From Patescibacteria group bacterium (lineage in GTDB: Bacteria; Patescibacteriota; UBA1384; JACPKC01), in the NCBI GenBank assembly GCA_050944875.1, contig JBMNRW010000003.1, forward strand, positions 32,260 to 96,259: 64,000 bases of DNA, written 5' to 3'. The notes under the pieces were generated by a model, which did no database searches, was not told the DNA's origin, and saw only the letters and a list, made by a program, of their open reading frames with translations. Both the position numbers and the translations under genes were made by a program. Below, one piece after another: positions 17,723-27,608 of the stretch. Within the stretch, counting starts at the first letter, position 1. Each line of letters begins with the position of its first letter.

Positions 17723-19129
17723 ATGGAACCAACCCCGAAGCAGCAAGCCGTCGACCTCTTGAAGCGCGCCAAGCGCGTCCTCGTCATGGCGCACGCCCAC
17801 CCAGACGGCGACTCGATCGGGTCGACGCTCGCTCTCACACTTGCGCTCCGGAAGCTCGGCAAAGAGGTGACGCCGGTCTGCTCCGACCCGGTGCCGGGCG
17901 TGTTCTCGTTCCTCTCGTCAATCAACGAGCTCACGAGCGAGATCCAGGGCGGGAGCGGCGAGTTCGTCGTCACCTTGAACACGGAGCAGGTCACCGTCGA
18001 CAAGCTCGGGTACAAGAACCTGCCGGACGAGAAGAAGCTCAACATCGTGATCAAGACGAGCGCCGGCGAGATCAGTCCTGAGATGTTCACGTTCTCCTCG
18101 GGGAGCGCGAGCGCGGACCTGATCGTCGTCCTCGACACGAACGACGTCGAGCGCCTGGGGAGCGTGTACGAGAAGTACGCCGAGCTCTTCTACAAGACGC
18201 CGATCGTCAACATCGACCACCACCCAGGCAACGACTACTTCGGGAAGGTGAACTGGGTCGACCTCACCGCGACGAGCACGGCCGAGATCCTCGTCTCGCT
18301 CCTGGAGTCTTTGGGCGGGGGTGGCGGAAAGACGAACACGCTCTTCGACCCGGAGATCGCGACGCTCCTCCTGACCGGCATCACGACCGACACTGGCTCC
18401 TTCCAGAACACGAACACGACGCCGAAGTCGTTCACGGTGGCGGCGCAGCTCGTCGCGGCCGGCGCGCGCCAGCAGGAGATCGTCCAGCACATCTACAAGA
18501 CGAAGCCGCTCTCAACCCTGAAGCTCTGGGGGAAGATCCTCTCGCACATCCACGAGGAGACCCCGCACCGGTTCATCTACTCGACCGCGAGCGCGAGCGA
18601 CTTCAAGCACTTCGGCGCGGCGGAGACCGAGACGAGCGGGGTCGTCGACGAGCTCCTGAAAACCGTCCCGGACATCGACTTCGCCCTCTTGCTCTCGGAG
18701 AAAGAGGGGAACCTGTATGGGAGCCTCCGTGGCGTCTCGCGCGAGGTGTCGGTGGCGGACGTCGCCGGCCTCATGGGCGGCGGCGGCCACGAGATGGCAG
18801 CGGCCTTCCGCTTGCCGGGCGGCTCGCTCGCCGACAACGAGCACGAGATTATCGAGAAGATCCGCACGTTTCAGGCGAAGCGGCTCGGTCAGCCAGTTAC
18901 GGCGCAGCCCACACCGGAGCCAGCGCCGGCCCAGCCGGCCCGCGGCCGGTTCGACGTTCCAGCGGACCAGGGCGTCTACGCGCCCGACACCCCAATTCAG
19001 GCAAAGCGGCCTGAGCCGCGCCCGTCAATTCCCTCGGCCCGTTCCCTGGGGATCGGGAGCGCCCCGGCTGATCCAGTGCCCGCGAAGCCGAAGAGCTTGA
19101 AGGACGCGCAGCAAGGGCTCACGTTCTAG
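17723..19129 (+). CDS. DHH/DHHA1 phosphoesterase (NrnA-like) with Pro-rich tail
   Basis: HAHPDGDSIGS, LDT, NIDHH, GITTDTGSF, SLRG, GGGGHEMAAAF. Confidence 0.92.
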   Translation: MEPTPKQQAVDLLKRAKRVLVMAHAHPDGDSIGSTLALTLALRKLGKEVTPVCSDPVPGVFSFLSSINELTSEIQGGSGEFVVTLNTEQVTVDKLGYKNLPDEKKLNIVIKTSAGEISPEMFTFSSGSASADLIVVLDTNDVERLGSVYEKYAELFYKTPIVNIDHHPGNDYFGKVNWVDLTATSTAEILVSLLESLGGGGGKTNTLFDPEIATLLLTGITTDTGSFQNTNTTPKSFTVAAQLVAAGARQQEIVQHIYKTKPLSTLKLWGKILSHIHEETPHRFIYSTASASDFKHFGAAETETSGVVDELLKTVPDIDFALLLSEKEGNLYGSLRGVSREVSVADVAGLMGGGGHEMAAAFRLPGGSLADNEHEIIEKIRTFQAKRLGQPVTAQPTPEPAPAQPARGRFDVPADQGVYAPDTPIQAKRPEPRPSIPSARSLGIGSAPADPVPAKPKSLKDAQQGLTF

Positions 19130-19222
19130 CTTGCACCATTCGCCACGGCGTGCTACACTGCGCCGTGACGCGCTCCAGGTACGGAGCACATATTGAGTAG
19201 TCTGAAACAGGAGAACGCTCCC

Positions 19223-19543
19223 ATGGCCACGAAGAAGGATACCGAGAAGACGGTGAAGCCGGCAGCGAAGAAGACGACCGCGAAGAGCGCGCCGGCGACC
19301 TCGCTCGTGTCGAAGTACCAGTCGCACAAGACGGACACTGGCTCGACGGAAGTGCAGATCGCGCGGCTGTCCGAGCAGATTGACGAGCTCGGCGTCCACT
19401 TGAAGCAGCACGCGAAGGACCACGACTCCCGCCGCGGGCTCCTCATCATGGTCGGGAAGCGTCGCCGCCTCCTGAACTACCTGAAGCGGAGCGACGAGGC
19501 CGGCTACCAGAAGCTCATCGCCGACCTGAAGCTCCGAAAGTAA
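19223..19543 (+). CDS. rpsO: 30S ribosomal protein S15 with Lys/Ala-rich N-terminal extension
   Basis: [35 protein letters not shown]; promoter TTGCAC(19131)-17-TACACT; SD AGGAG. Confidence 0.96.
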   Translation: MATKKDTEKTVKPAAKKTTAKSAPATSLVSKYQSHKTDTGSTEVQIARLSEQIDELGVHLKQHAKDHDSRRGLLIMVGKRRRLLNYLKRSDEAGYQKLIADLKLRK

Positions 19544-19558
19544 GCCAGTGCACCGAAC

Positions 19559-19584
19559 GAAGCGCCTGGAATCCCAGGCGCTTC
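19559..19584 (+). terminator. Hairpin/terminator after rpsO
   Basis: GAAGCGCCTGG/CCAGGCGCTTC. Confidence 0.6.
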
Positions 19585-19711
19585 TGCTATGCAGCGCACT
19601 CCTGTTCGTGTACGATGGAGCCACTAGTACGTAGCGAGGTCATCTGTGCACGCGAACGACGCTCCGAGCGGAGCGTGGCCGCCTGTACAGATCGCCTCGA
19701 GAAAGAGGCAC

Positions 19712-21853
19712 ATGGAAAAGACGGTGTACACCGCTGAGTTCGGTGGGAAACCGGTGACGTTGACGCTCGGCACGGTCGCTGAGCAGGCGGACGGGGCAGT
19801 CCTCGTCCAGTACGGCGAGACCGTCGTGCTCGTCACGGCAGTCGTGTCGGATTCAGTCCGTGACGGGATCGACTTCTTCCCGCTCATGGTCGACTACGAG
19901 GAACGGCTTTACGCGGCCGGGAAGATCTCGGGTTCACGGTTCATTAAGCGTGAAGGGCGACCCTCCGAGACCGCGATCTTGAACGCCCGGCTCATCGACC
20001 GGCCGATCCGCCCGCTCTTCCCGAAGGGGTACCGGAACGACGTCCAGGTGATCGCGACCGTCCTCTCGATGGACGGCGAGAACGACCCAGACATGCCGGC
20101 GATGCTCGGCGCCTCGGTGGCCCTCATGGTGAGCCCGGCGCCGTTCGAAGGCCCGATCGTCGGGATGCGCGTCGGTTTGACGCAGGACGGGCAGTTCATC
20201 ATGAACCCGACCCTGAAGGAGCAGGACGTCTCTGACCTCGACATCGTCGTCGCCGCCAAGCGCGACCGGATCATGATGCTCGAGGCGGGCGCGAACCAGG
20301 TGCCAGAGGCGAAGGTCGCCGAGGCGATCGAGGCCGCGCACGCTGCCATGCAGCCGCTTTTCGACCTGCAGGAGCAGATCGCTAAGGAGCTCGGCGCTGA
20401 GAAGCCGACCGTCGTCCCGGTCATCTCCGAAATCGTCGCGGACGTGAAGGAACGGATCGGCGAGAAGATCGCCGCCGCGGTCCGTGAGCAGGACAAGGTG
20501 AAGCGCACGGCGCTCATCGCCGAGTACGAAGCCGAGGTGCTGTCAGCGTTCGAGGGCAACTACAAGCAGGTTGACCTCAAGAGCACCTTCGGCGCGCTCG
20601 TCGAGAAGGCGGTCCGGCAGTCAATTCTCCGTGACGGCGTCCGACCGGACGGCCGGAGCTTCGACCAGATTCGCGAGCTTAAGGCCGAGGTCGGCCTCCT
20701 CCCACGCACCCACGGCTCGGCACTCTTCTCGCGCGGTCAGACGCAGGTTCTCTCGATCGTCACCCTCGGTGGCCCCGGCGAAGAGCAGATGATCGACACG
20801 ATGGAGGAAGAGGGTGAGAAGCGGTTCATGCACCACTACAACTTCCCGCCGTTCTCGGTTGGCGAGGTGAAGCCGCTCCGCTCTGTCGGCCGACGCGAGA
20901 TCGGCCACGGCGCGCTCGCGGAGCGGGCAGTCGCGGCGATCATCCCGGACAAAGAGGTGTTCCCGTACACGATCCGTGTTGTCTCCGAGACCCTGAGCTC
21001 AAACGGCTCGTCTTCAATGGCGAGTACCTGCGCGGCGATGCTCGCGCTCATGGACGCTGGCGTGCCGGTGAAGGCTGTTGTTGGCGGCATGGCGATCGGC
21101 CTCATGACCGACGAGGGCTTCGACGAGGACCCGACGAAGCCGTACCAGCTCCTGACTGACATCCAGGGGATCGAGGACTTCGGCGGCGACATGGACTTCA
21201 AGGTAACCGGCACGAAGGACGGCATTACCGCCATCCAGCTCGACATGAAGGTGAAGGGGTTGCCGATGTCGATCGTCCGCGAGACGCTCGACCGCGCCCG
21301 TGACGCCCGCGCAAAGGCGATCGACTTTATGGTTGGCGTCCTCCCTGAGGCGCGGCCAGAGCTCAGCAAGTACGCGCCACGGATCCTCACGGTGAAGATC
21401 CCGGTCGAGAAGATCGGCGAGCTCATTGGGCCGGGCGGCAAGAACATCAACGGTATCATCGAGCGCGCGGGCGGTAAGACGCTCGTCGAGATCAACATCG
21501 CCGAGGACGGCACGGTCTCGATCATCGCGATCGACGCTGAAGCTGGTGAGAAGGCGCGTGCAATGGTCGAGGGGCAGATGAAGGAAGCGGTTGTCGGCGA
21601 GGTCTACGACGGCGTCGTGACCGGCATCCAGAAGAATCGCATGAGCGGGCAAGAGATCGGCGCGATCGTCGAGTTCCTCCCGGGCAAGGACGGCATGGTC
21701 CATATTTCAGAGGTTTCGGACCAGCGTATTCCGACGGTTTCCTCGGTACTCAAGGTCGGCGATAAGGTGAAGGTGAAGGTCAAAGAAGTCGACCGAGAAC
21801 GCGGACGCGTCTCGCTCTCGATCAAGGCAGCGAAGCAGGCTCCGCAGCAGTAA
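19712..21853 (+). CDS. pnp: Polyribonucleotide nucleotidyltransferase
   Basis: FFPLMVDYEE, RLIDRPIRPLF, RREIGHG, SNGSSSMAS, GDMDFKVTG, KH and S1 domains; start ATG 19712. Confidence 0.98.
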   Translation: MEKTVYTAEFGGKPVTLTLGTVAEQADGAVLVQYGETVVLVTAVVSDSVRDGIDFFPLMVDYEERLYAAGKISGSRFIKREGRPSETAILNARLIDRPIRPLFPKGYRNDVQVIATVLSMDGENDPDMPAMLGASVALMVSPAPFEGPIVGMRVGLTQDGQFIMNPTLKEQDVSDLDIVVAAKRDRIMMLEAGANQVPEAKVAEAIEAAHAAMQPLFDLQEQIAKELGAEKPTVVPVISEIVADVKERIGEKIAAAVREQDKVKRTALIAEYEAEVLSAFEGNYKQVDLKSTFGALVEKAVRQSILRDGVRPDGRSFDQIRELKAEVGLLPRTHGSALFSRGQTQVLSIVTLGGPGEEQMIDTMEEEGEKRFMHHYNFPPFSVGEVKPLRSVGRREIGHGALAERAVAAIIPDKEVFPYTIRVVSETLSSNGSSSMASTCAAMLALMDAGVPVKAVVGGMAIGLMTDEGFDEDPTKPYQLLTDIQGIEDFGGDMDFKVTGTKDGITAIQLDMKVKGLPMSIVRETLDRARDARAKAIDFMVGVLPEARPELSKYAPRILTVKIPVEKIGELIGPGGKNINGIIERAGGKTLVEINIAEDGTVSIIAIDAEAGEKARAMVEGQMKEAVVGEVYDGVVTGIQKNRMSGQEIGAIVEFLPGKDGMVHISEVSDQRIPTVSSVLKVGDKVKVKVKEVDRERGRVSLSIKAAKQAPQQ

Positions 21854-21866
21854 CTTTGAATACCTC

Positions 21867-21903
21867 AACACAAGAGCGACCAGTCGGTCGCTCTTGTGTT
21901 TTT
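21867..21903 (+). terminator. pnp terminator
   Basis: AACACAAGAGCGACC/GGTCGCTCTTGTGTT 15-bp stem + T-tract. Confidence 0.85.
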
Positions 21904-22003
21904 CCTGATGGAAGATATGCTCCTACTGTTTTCGGAGCCCGAAGATGATTTCGGCACCTTCACAAATGGAAACGCAAGGTGCCTCCATGAGGAGGTGATT
22001 GGA

Positions 22004-22249
22004 GTGGATTTGCCACCGGGTTTTATCGAGCTGCCCGAGCATGTGACGCAGGAGCACTGCTTTCTGCTAAACACTGTTCCGTACATGCTACTCGGCATTT
22101 CGCACGCGCAGAATCAAGTCGAACTAGACGTGTGGAGCATGCGAATGGCCCAGCTCAACAGTAGTCGATGTGCTGTTGCGCTCGATGGTCTGCGTATCGT
22201 GTCGTTCGCCTTGCTGAGGCGGCGGCGGGAGTTGGCCAATATATCATAG
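22004..22249 (+). CDS. Hypothetical protein (ORFan, ~81 aa)
   Basis: Strong SD GAGGAGGTGA before in-frame GTG 22004; -10 TATGCT at 21916; downstream UUCG-loop terminator ~22269-22300. Confidence 0.5.
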   Translation: MDLPPGFIELPEHVTQEHCFLLNTVPYMLLGISHAQNQVELDVWSMRMAQLNSSRCAVALDGLRIVSFALLRRRRELANIS

Positions 22250-22337
22250 TATATGAGGAAGTTGTTTTGGGGTCCGGATTCGTCCGGGCCTCTTCTCTTT
22301 GTGTAATTGCCGCTCAATCGTGGTATAATTAATTATT

Positions 22338-22694
22338 ATGGCAGACGCGCTCACTCGTCGGTGGTGCGTGCCGTGCGAAGGGGGAATGTCACCGCTCCCA
22401 CGAGAACAGGCCGGGGCGCTCTTCTCGGAGCTCCCGGACGGCTGGGTACTCGGAGAGGCGTCGCTTGACGCGTCGTTCCTGTTCCGTACTTACCTGGACG
22501 GGATCGCGTTCGTGAACCGGGTCGCCGAGCTTGCGGAAGCAGAGGGGCACCACCCGGATATCGCTGTCCATTGCCGGCAGGTTCGACTCACACTTACGAC
22601 GCACGCAGTGAAGGGGCTCTCGGAGAATGACTTCATCCTCGCCGCCAAGGTGTCTCAACTGGTTTCGAACGGGGAGATCGTTTCTCCACATTGA
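22338..22694 (+). CDS. Pterin-4-alpha-carbinolamine dehydratase family
   Basis: CVPCEGG, AEAEGHHPDI, TTHAVKGLSENDFILAAK. Confidence 0.92.
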   Translation: MADALTRRWCVPCEGGMSPLPREQAGALFSELPDGWVLGEASLDASFLFRTYLDGIAFVNRVAELAEAEGHHPDIAVHCRQVRLTLTTHAVKGLSENDFILAAKVSQLVSNGEIVSPH

Positions 22695-22969
22695 CATTCG
22701 GGCTGTTTTCAAGTAAGATACATCCGTTTTGAGGGTCTCTCGGGGGTAGGTTTGGAGGGTAATCGCGCTCGGCGATTCCTACGTTCGATGCACGGACGTC
22801 AGTTTTTCTTGGGTGAAGTAGGTTTGACACCAGATGGGGGAGAAGCGTTTAGCATGGGTATTGTGCCTTAGAGGTACGATGACCGCGCTACGCACTGCTC
22901 TCTCAACTAATAACGCAGTGTTCGCGCGTGTTACCGCGCACAAAACCGAGATAAAGGAACTCTACACTT

Positions 22970-25003
22970 ATGGCATTGACTGCCTACCACGCCTCGCTCC
23001 AGCCTGAGAAGGGCGGCGACGGCTCAGAAAAACCAAAGAGCGACCAACCACGTCGTCCGCGTCGCGATTTTCAGCATCGCAACGGGAAGCCGCGCACCTT
23101 CGGCGCCGCCTCCGGCCAACCGACGCAGCAGAAACCAGGAGCGAATGGGGGCCACGGCCGCCGCGACCAGGCGAACGGCCATGCTCAGAGTAATAACAAT
23201 GGTAACGGGAACGGCCGACGGAAGTCCGGCGGCATGAACCGTATCCGCCCACCGAAAAAGCGGCTCGAGCAGAAGCCCGAGACGCCGGGGATTCGCCTGA
23301 CCTCTGCCGCTGACGCGCCGGCCGCCCGTTCGTACAAGGCGCCGCAGAAGAAGCTCCGCGTCATTCCCCTGGGTGGTATGGGTGAAGTCGGTATGAACAT
23401 GACCGCCTTCGAGTACGCCTCGGATATGATCGTCGTTGACGGCGGCGGGCTCTTCCCGTCTGATCGCATGCCGGGCATCGACCTCGTCATCCCGGACATC
23501 ACGTACGTCCTCGAGAACGCGCACAAGCTTCGGGCGCTCTTCATCACGCACGGCCACGAGGACCACATCTCCGGCCTCCCGTACATTGTGCCGCGCCTCC
23601 CGGCGAACGTGCCGATCTACGCGCTGCCACTGACGGCCGCACTCATCGAGGCGAAGTTCAAAGAGCACAACATCTCGAAGAAGGTGACGGTCGTCCACGC
23701 TCGTGACACGATCACGCATGGCGTGTTCAAGGTGGATATCTTCACCCTGACGCACACCATTCCTGACAACGTCGGCTTTGGCATCCACACGCCGGAAGGC
23801 CTGATCGCCTACACGACCGACTGGAAGTTCGACCACACCCCGATCTGGGGCGAGCCCTCGGACTACGCGAAGCTCGTCTCGATGAGTAATGAGGGCGTCC
23901 TCCTGCACATGTCCGACTCGACGAACGCCGATATCCCAGGCTACACCATCTCGGAGCGCGTCGTCGCGCAGGACATTGAGAAGATTTTCAAGGAGAAGAC
24001 GGACGGGCGCATCATCATGAGCTCGTTCGCCTCGAACATCAACCGCATCCAGATCGCGATCAACCTGAGCGCCAAGTACGGGCGCAAGCTCGCGGTCTCG
24101 GGCCGCTCGATGGACCGGAACGTCAACGTGTGTCTCCAGCTCGGCTACGTGAAGGCGCCGAAGGATATCTTCGTCGACATTAAGAACATCGGGAACATCC
24201 CGAACCACAAGCTCACGATCCTCTGTACTGGCTCGCAGGGCGAAGAGTACTCGGCGCTCGTCCGGATGGCCTCCGGTGAGCACCGGCAGGTGAAGCTCAC
24301 GAAGGGCGACACGGTCGTCATCTCGGCGTCGCGTATTCCGGGCAACGAGCACGCGATCTTCGAGACGATCGACAACCTGTTCCGTGCTGGCGCTGACGTC
24401 GTCCACGGTGGTGAGCTCGACATCCACACCTCGGGGCACGCGAAGCAGGAAGAGCTGAAGATGATGATCGCGATGCTCAAGCCCCGCTTCTTCATGCCGC
24501 TCCACGGTGAGTACCGCATGCTTAAAGAGCACGCGAAGCTTGCGATCAAGATGGGTGTCGACCCGAAGAACGTCTACGTCGGCGAGAACGGCGCCGTCCT
24601 CGAGTTCGAGAACGGCCGGGCGAGCTGGGGGACGAAGGTCCAGGCCGACTACGTCATGATCGACGGCTTGGGCATTGGCGACGTCGGGCAGATCGTGCTT
24701 CGAGACCGCGTCGCGATGGCCGAGGAAGGGATCTTCATGGTCATCATGACGGTCGACAAGAAGCAGGGGAACCTCATCTCGAGCCCGGACATCATCTCGC
24801 GCGGCTTCGTGTACATGCGTGACGCCAAGGAGCTCATCGGGAAGGCTCGCCACGAGGTGAAGCGTCTTTTCGAGCGCCACAGCACAGCGCAGCCCTTGGA
24901 CTGGGAGTACGTCAAGCGTGAGCTCCGCGACGACCTCGTGAAGTTCCTCTACGAGTACACCCAGCGCCAGCCGATGGTGATCCCGGTCGTCATCGAGGTG
25001 TAG
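22970..25003 (+). CDS. rnj: Ribonuclease J with ~125-aa basic disordered N-terminus
   Basis: PLGGMGEVGMNM, THGHEDH, DSTNA, TGSQGE, HTSGHA, PLHGE. Confidence 0.95.
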   Translation: MALTAYHASLQPEKGGDGSEKPKSDQPRRPRRDFQHRNGKPRTFGAASGQPTQQKPGANGGHGRRDQANGHAQSNNNGNGNGRRKSGGMNRIRPPKKRLEQKPETPGIRLTSAADAPAARSYKAPQKKLRVIPLGGMGEVGMNMTAFEYASDMIVVDGGGLFPSDRMPGIDLVIPDITYVLENAHKLRALFITHGHEDHISGLPYIVPRLPANVPIYALPLTAALIEAKFKEHNISKKVTVVHARDTITHGVFKVDIFTLTHTIPDNVGFGIHTPEGLIAYTTDWKFDHTPIWGEPSDYAKLVSMSNEGVLLHMSDSTNADIPGYTISERVVAQDIEKIFKEKTDGRIIMSSFASNINRIQIAINLSAKYGRKLAVSGRSMDRNVNVCLQLGYVKAPKDIFVDIKNIGNIPNHKLTILCTGSQGEEYSALVRMASGEHRQVKLTKGDTVVISASRIPGNEHAIFETIDNLFRAGADVVHGGELDIHTSGHAKQEELKMMIAMLKPRFFMPLHGEYRMLKEHAKLAIKMGVDPKNVYVGENGAVLEFENGRASWGTKVQADYVMIDGLGIGDVGQIVLRDRVAMAEEGIFMVIMTVDKKQGNLISSPDIISRGFVYMRDAKELIGKARHEVKRLFERHSTAQPLDWEYVKRELRDDLVKFLYEYTQRQPMVIPVVIEV

Positions 25004-25195
25004 GGACTTGTCCGCAGTGATCCGCTTGACACGGATTACCGGCTGGAGGAAAGTATGAGTAACCTCTTTTGACCCTCCTGCACGGAGCGTCGGCACCCCG
25101 CCGGCGCTCCACTTTTTGTCTTGAGGTTGCGCTTCCGTTCGGTCTGGTACAATGCCAGTGCGTGCAGCTACGCCTACGTTCGTCTATGGAGGGGA

Positions 25196-27346
25196 ATGGC
25201 CCGCAGGAAACGCCGGACATCCAGTAAGTCACCACTCGAGTACTTCGACTGGTCGATCCACCCCGACACCTTGCGCGAGGTGATGGCGGCCGGGTTCGTC
25301 GTTGCCGGCTTGATCGCCTTGCTGGCCCTCTTCGGGAAAGCGGGGACGATCGGCGCCGGGCTCGACGGGTACGTCTCCCGCGTCTTCGGCGTCGTCCACT
25401 ACCTCGTACCGTTCGCCATTCTCTCGGTGGGGCTCGTCCTCTGGAACCCGGCCCGGTTCACGGTCCGCTGGACGATGGTTATGGGCTTCGGTATGCTCTT
25501 CATCTTCCTGCCGGCGCTCCTCTCGCCGTTCGGCGGGCGGGTGGGTGAGGCGTTCAGCAACCTCTTTACGCAGCTCTTGGGTGAGATCGGCGGGCTTCTG
25601 GTCCTCTTTGCCCTCGTCCTTATGGCGCTCCTCCTCATCTTTAACACGTCGCTCGCGAGCCTCTTGGAGCTCCTCGCAAGTGGCCACACGGCGGACGAGC
25701 CGCAGATCAACGACGCGACAGCTGGCGCGGGCGACGCGCGCGTCTCGGTCTTCCAGGCAGTCCGTGACAAGCTGGCTGGTTCACGCGCAGCAGTGCCAGT
25801 AGCGGGGACGCTCGAGCCGGTGCCGGTCATGAGCGGGAAGCCGGTGACGGGCGGCCCGATCGGGGACTGGCAGTTCCCACCTCTTGATCTCTTAAACCTC
25901 CCGACCGGGAAGGCAAAGGCCGGGAACGTCGTGAAGAACGTCGAAACGATCGAGAAGACGCTCAAAGACTTCGGCGTCACGGTGACGATGGGCGACGTGA
26001 ACATTGGCCCGACGGTCACGCAGTACACGCTGAAGCCGACCGAGGGCGTGAAGCTGACGACGATCACGGCGCGGGCGAACGACCTCGCGCTCGCGCTCGC
26101 GGCGCCAGCGATCCGCATTGAGGCACCGATCCCGGGCAAGGCGCTCGTCGGCATTGAGGTGCCGAACGCAGTCGCTGCCGTCGTGACCTTGCGCGAAGTC
26201 CTGGAGACGCCGGAGTTCAAGGAGGTGAAGAGCGGGCTCACGATCCCGCTGGGGCGCGACGCCGCCGGCGCGCCGATCTCCGTCGACTTAAAGAAGATGC
26301 CGCACCTCCTCATTGCCGGGTCGACCGGCTCCGGGAAGTCGATCGCGATCAATACGCTCTTGACCGGTCTCCTCTGCCAGAACGCGCCGCAGTCGCTGAA
26401 GCTCATCCTCGTCGACCCGAAGCGCGTCGAGTTCACGCCGTACAACGACATCCCGCACCTCCTGGCGCCGGTCATTACCGAGCCGGACAAGACGGTGAAT
26501 ACGCTCAAGTGGGCGATCGTCGAGATGGAGCGGCGGTACAAGCAGCTCCAGGAAGTCGGGAGCCGCGACATCGTGAGCTACAACCAGAAGCACAAGGACG
26601 CGCCACTGCCGTACATCGTCATCGTCATCGACGAGCTCGCCGACCTCATGCAGACGAGCGCGAAAGAGGTGGAGGGCGCGATCGTCCGCTTGGCGCAGAT
26701 GGCGCGCGCGGTCGGCATGCATCTCATTGTCGCCACTCAGCGGCCTTCGGTGGACGTCATTACCGGCCTCATCAAAGCGAACATCACGACGCGTATGGCG
26801 TTCGCGGTGGCGAGCCAGGTGGACTCCCGGACAATCATCGACGTCTCGGGCGCGGACAAGCTCCTCGGCCGCGGTGACATGCTCTTCCTCTCGGCGGAGT
26901 TCGCGGGTAAGCCGAAGCGCATCCAGGGCTGCCTCATCACCGAGAAGGAGATCGACGAGGTGACGGCGTTCCTGAAGGCGCAGGCGCCGGCGCAGTACGA
27001 CGAAGAGGTAGCGAACTTCTCGGCCCGGTCGGCGGGCGGTGGTGGCGGCGCCGGTGGGAACGGCGAGGTGGACGACGACCTCTTCGCTGAGGCGAAGCAG
27101 GTGGTAGTCGACGCCGGCAAGGCGTCAGCGTCACTCCTCCAGCGCCGGCTTCGCGTCGGGTACGCCCGTGCCGCGCGCCTCCTCGACATCTTGGAAGAGC
27201 AGGGTGTCATTGGGCCGGCAGACGGCGCCCGGCCGCGCGACGTGCTCGCTGGCGCCGGCATGAGCATGCCCCAGGGCCACGATTACCCGGCCATGCCGCC
27301 AGGCGGCCAAGGCGGCTACGACCAGAACCAACGCGGGCAGTTCTAG
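25196..27346 (+). CDS. ftsK: DNA translocase FtsK/SpoIIIE
   Basis: 4-TM N-terminus, IAGSTGSGKS, IDELADLM, ATQRPS, gamma domain SASLLQRRLRVGYARAARL; start ATG 25196 after GGAGGGG. Confidence 0.97.
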   Translation: MARRKRRTSSKSPLEYFDWSIHPDTLREVMAAGFVVAGLIALLALFGKAGTIGAGLDGYVSRVFGVVHYLVPFAILSVGLVLWNPARFTVRWTMVMGFGMLFIFLPALLSPFGGRVGEAFSNLFTQLLGEIGGLLVLFALVLMALLLIFNTSLASLLELLASGHTADEPQINDATAGAGDARVSVFQAVRDKLAGSRAAVPVAGTLEPVPVMSGKPVTGGPIGDWQFPPLDLLNLPTGKAKAGNVVKNVETIEKTLKDFGVTVTMGDVNIGPTVTQYTLKPTEGVKLTTITARANDLALALAAPAIRIEAPIPGKALVGIEVPNAVAAVVTLREVLETPEFKEVKSGLTIPLGRDAAGAPISVDLKKMPHLLIAGSTGSGKSIAINTLLTGLLCQNAPQSLKLILVDPKRVEFTPYNDIPHLLAPVITEPDKTVNTLKWAIVEMERRYKQLQEVGSRDIVSYNQKHKDAPLPYIVIVIDELADLMQTSAKEVEGAIVRLAQMARAVGMHLIVATQRPSVDVITGLIKANITTRMAFAVASQVDSRTIIDVSGADKLLGRGDMLFLSAEFAGKPKRIQGCLITEKEIDEVTAFLKAQAPAQYDEEVANFSARSAGGGGGAGGNGEVDDDLFAEAKQVVVDAGKASASLLQRRLRVGYARAARLLDILEEQGVIGPADGARPRDVLAGAGMSMPQGHDYPAMPPGGQGGYDQNQRGQF

Positions 27347-27357
27347 CAATACGTTTG

Positions 27358-27385
27358 GCTCCTGGCGGTTGCCGCCAGGAGCTTT
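27358..27385. terminator. ftsK terminator
   Basis: GCTCCTGGCGG/CCGCCAGGAGC + TTT. Confidence 0.8.
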
Positions 27386-27388
27386 CGA

Positions 27389-27466
27389 TTAGGCGCCGAG
27401 GAGCTCGAGCGTCCGGTTTGCCATGGCGTCGAGCGAGAAGTGGGTGCGCCAGCGCTCGCGGCCACC
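27389..27466 (-). pseudogene. Remnant C-terminal helix of a GT4-type glycosyltransferase
   Basis: Minus frame reads GGRERWRTHFSLDAMANRTLELLGA*, preceded by an in-frame stop and no upstream start. Confidence 0.5.
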
Positions 27467-27608
27467 TGGGGGAAGGTGTTAAGTGGCAGTTCGCGTGCCA
27501 GGCAATCCTGTCGGAACACTTGTCAACATCCCCTTTGGTGGGTGGGTGTGGTACCATTCTTCTAGTGTTGTTATTGCTGGCGAGGCCAAAGCAGGAGAGG
27601 GTTTTCTT

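Noticed and set aside
23024-25096. Very long antisense ORFs (also 30940-32661, 49178-51046, 43934-45211)
   Set aside because: They are shadows of rnj, ppsA, pcrA and a GT4 gene, expected from high-GC codon usage; no recognisable motifs.
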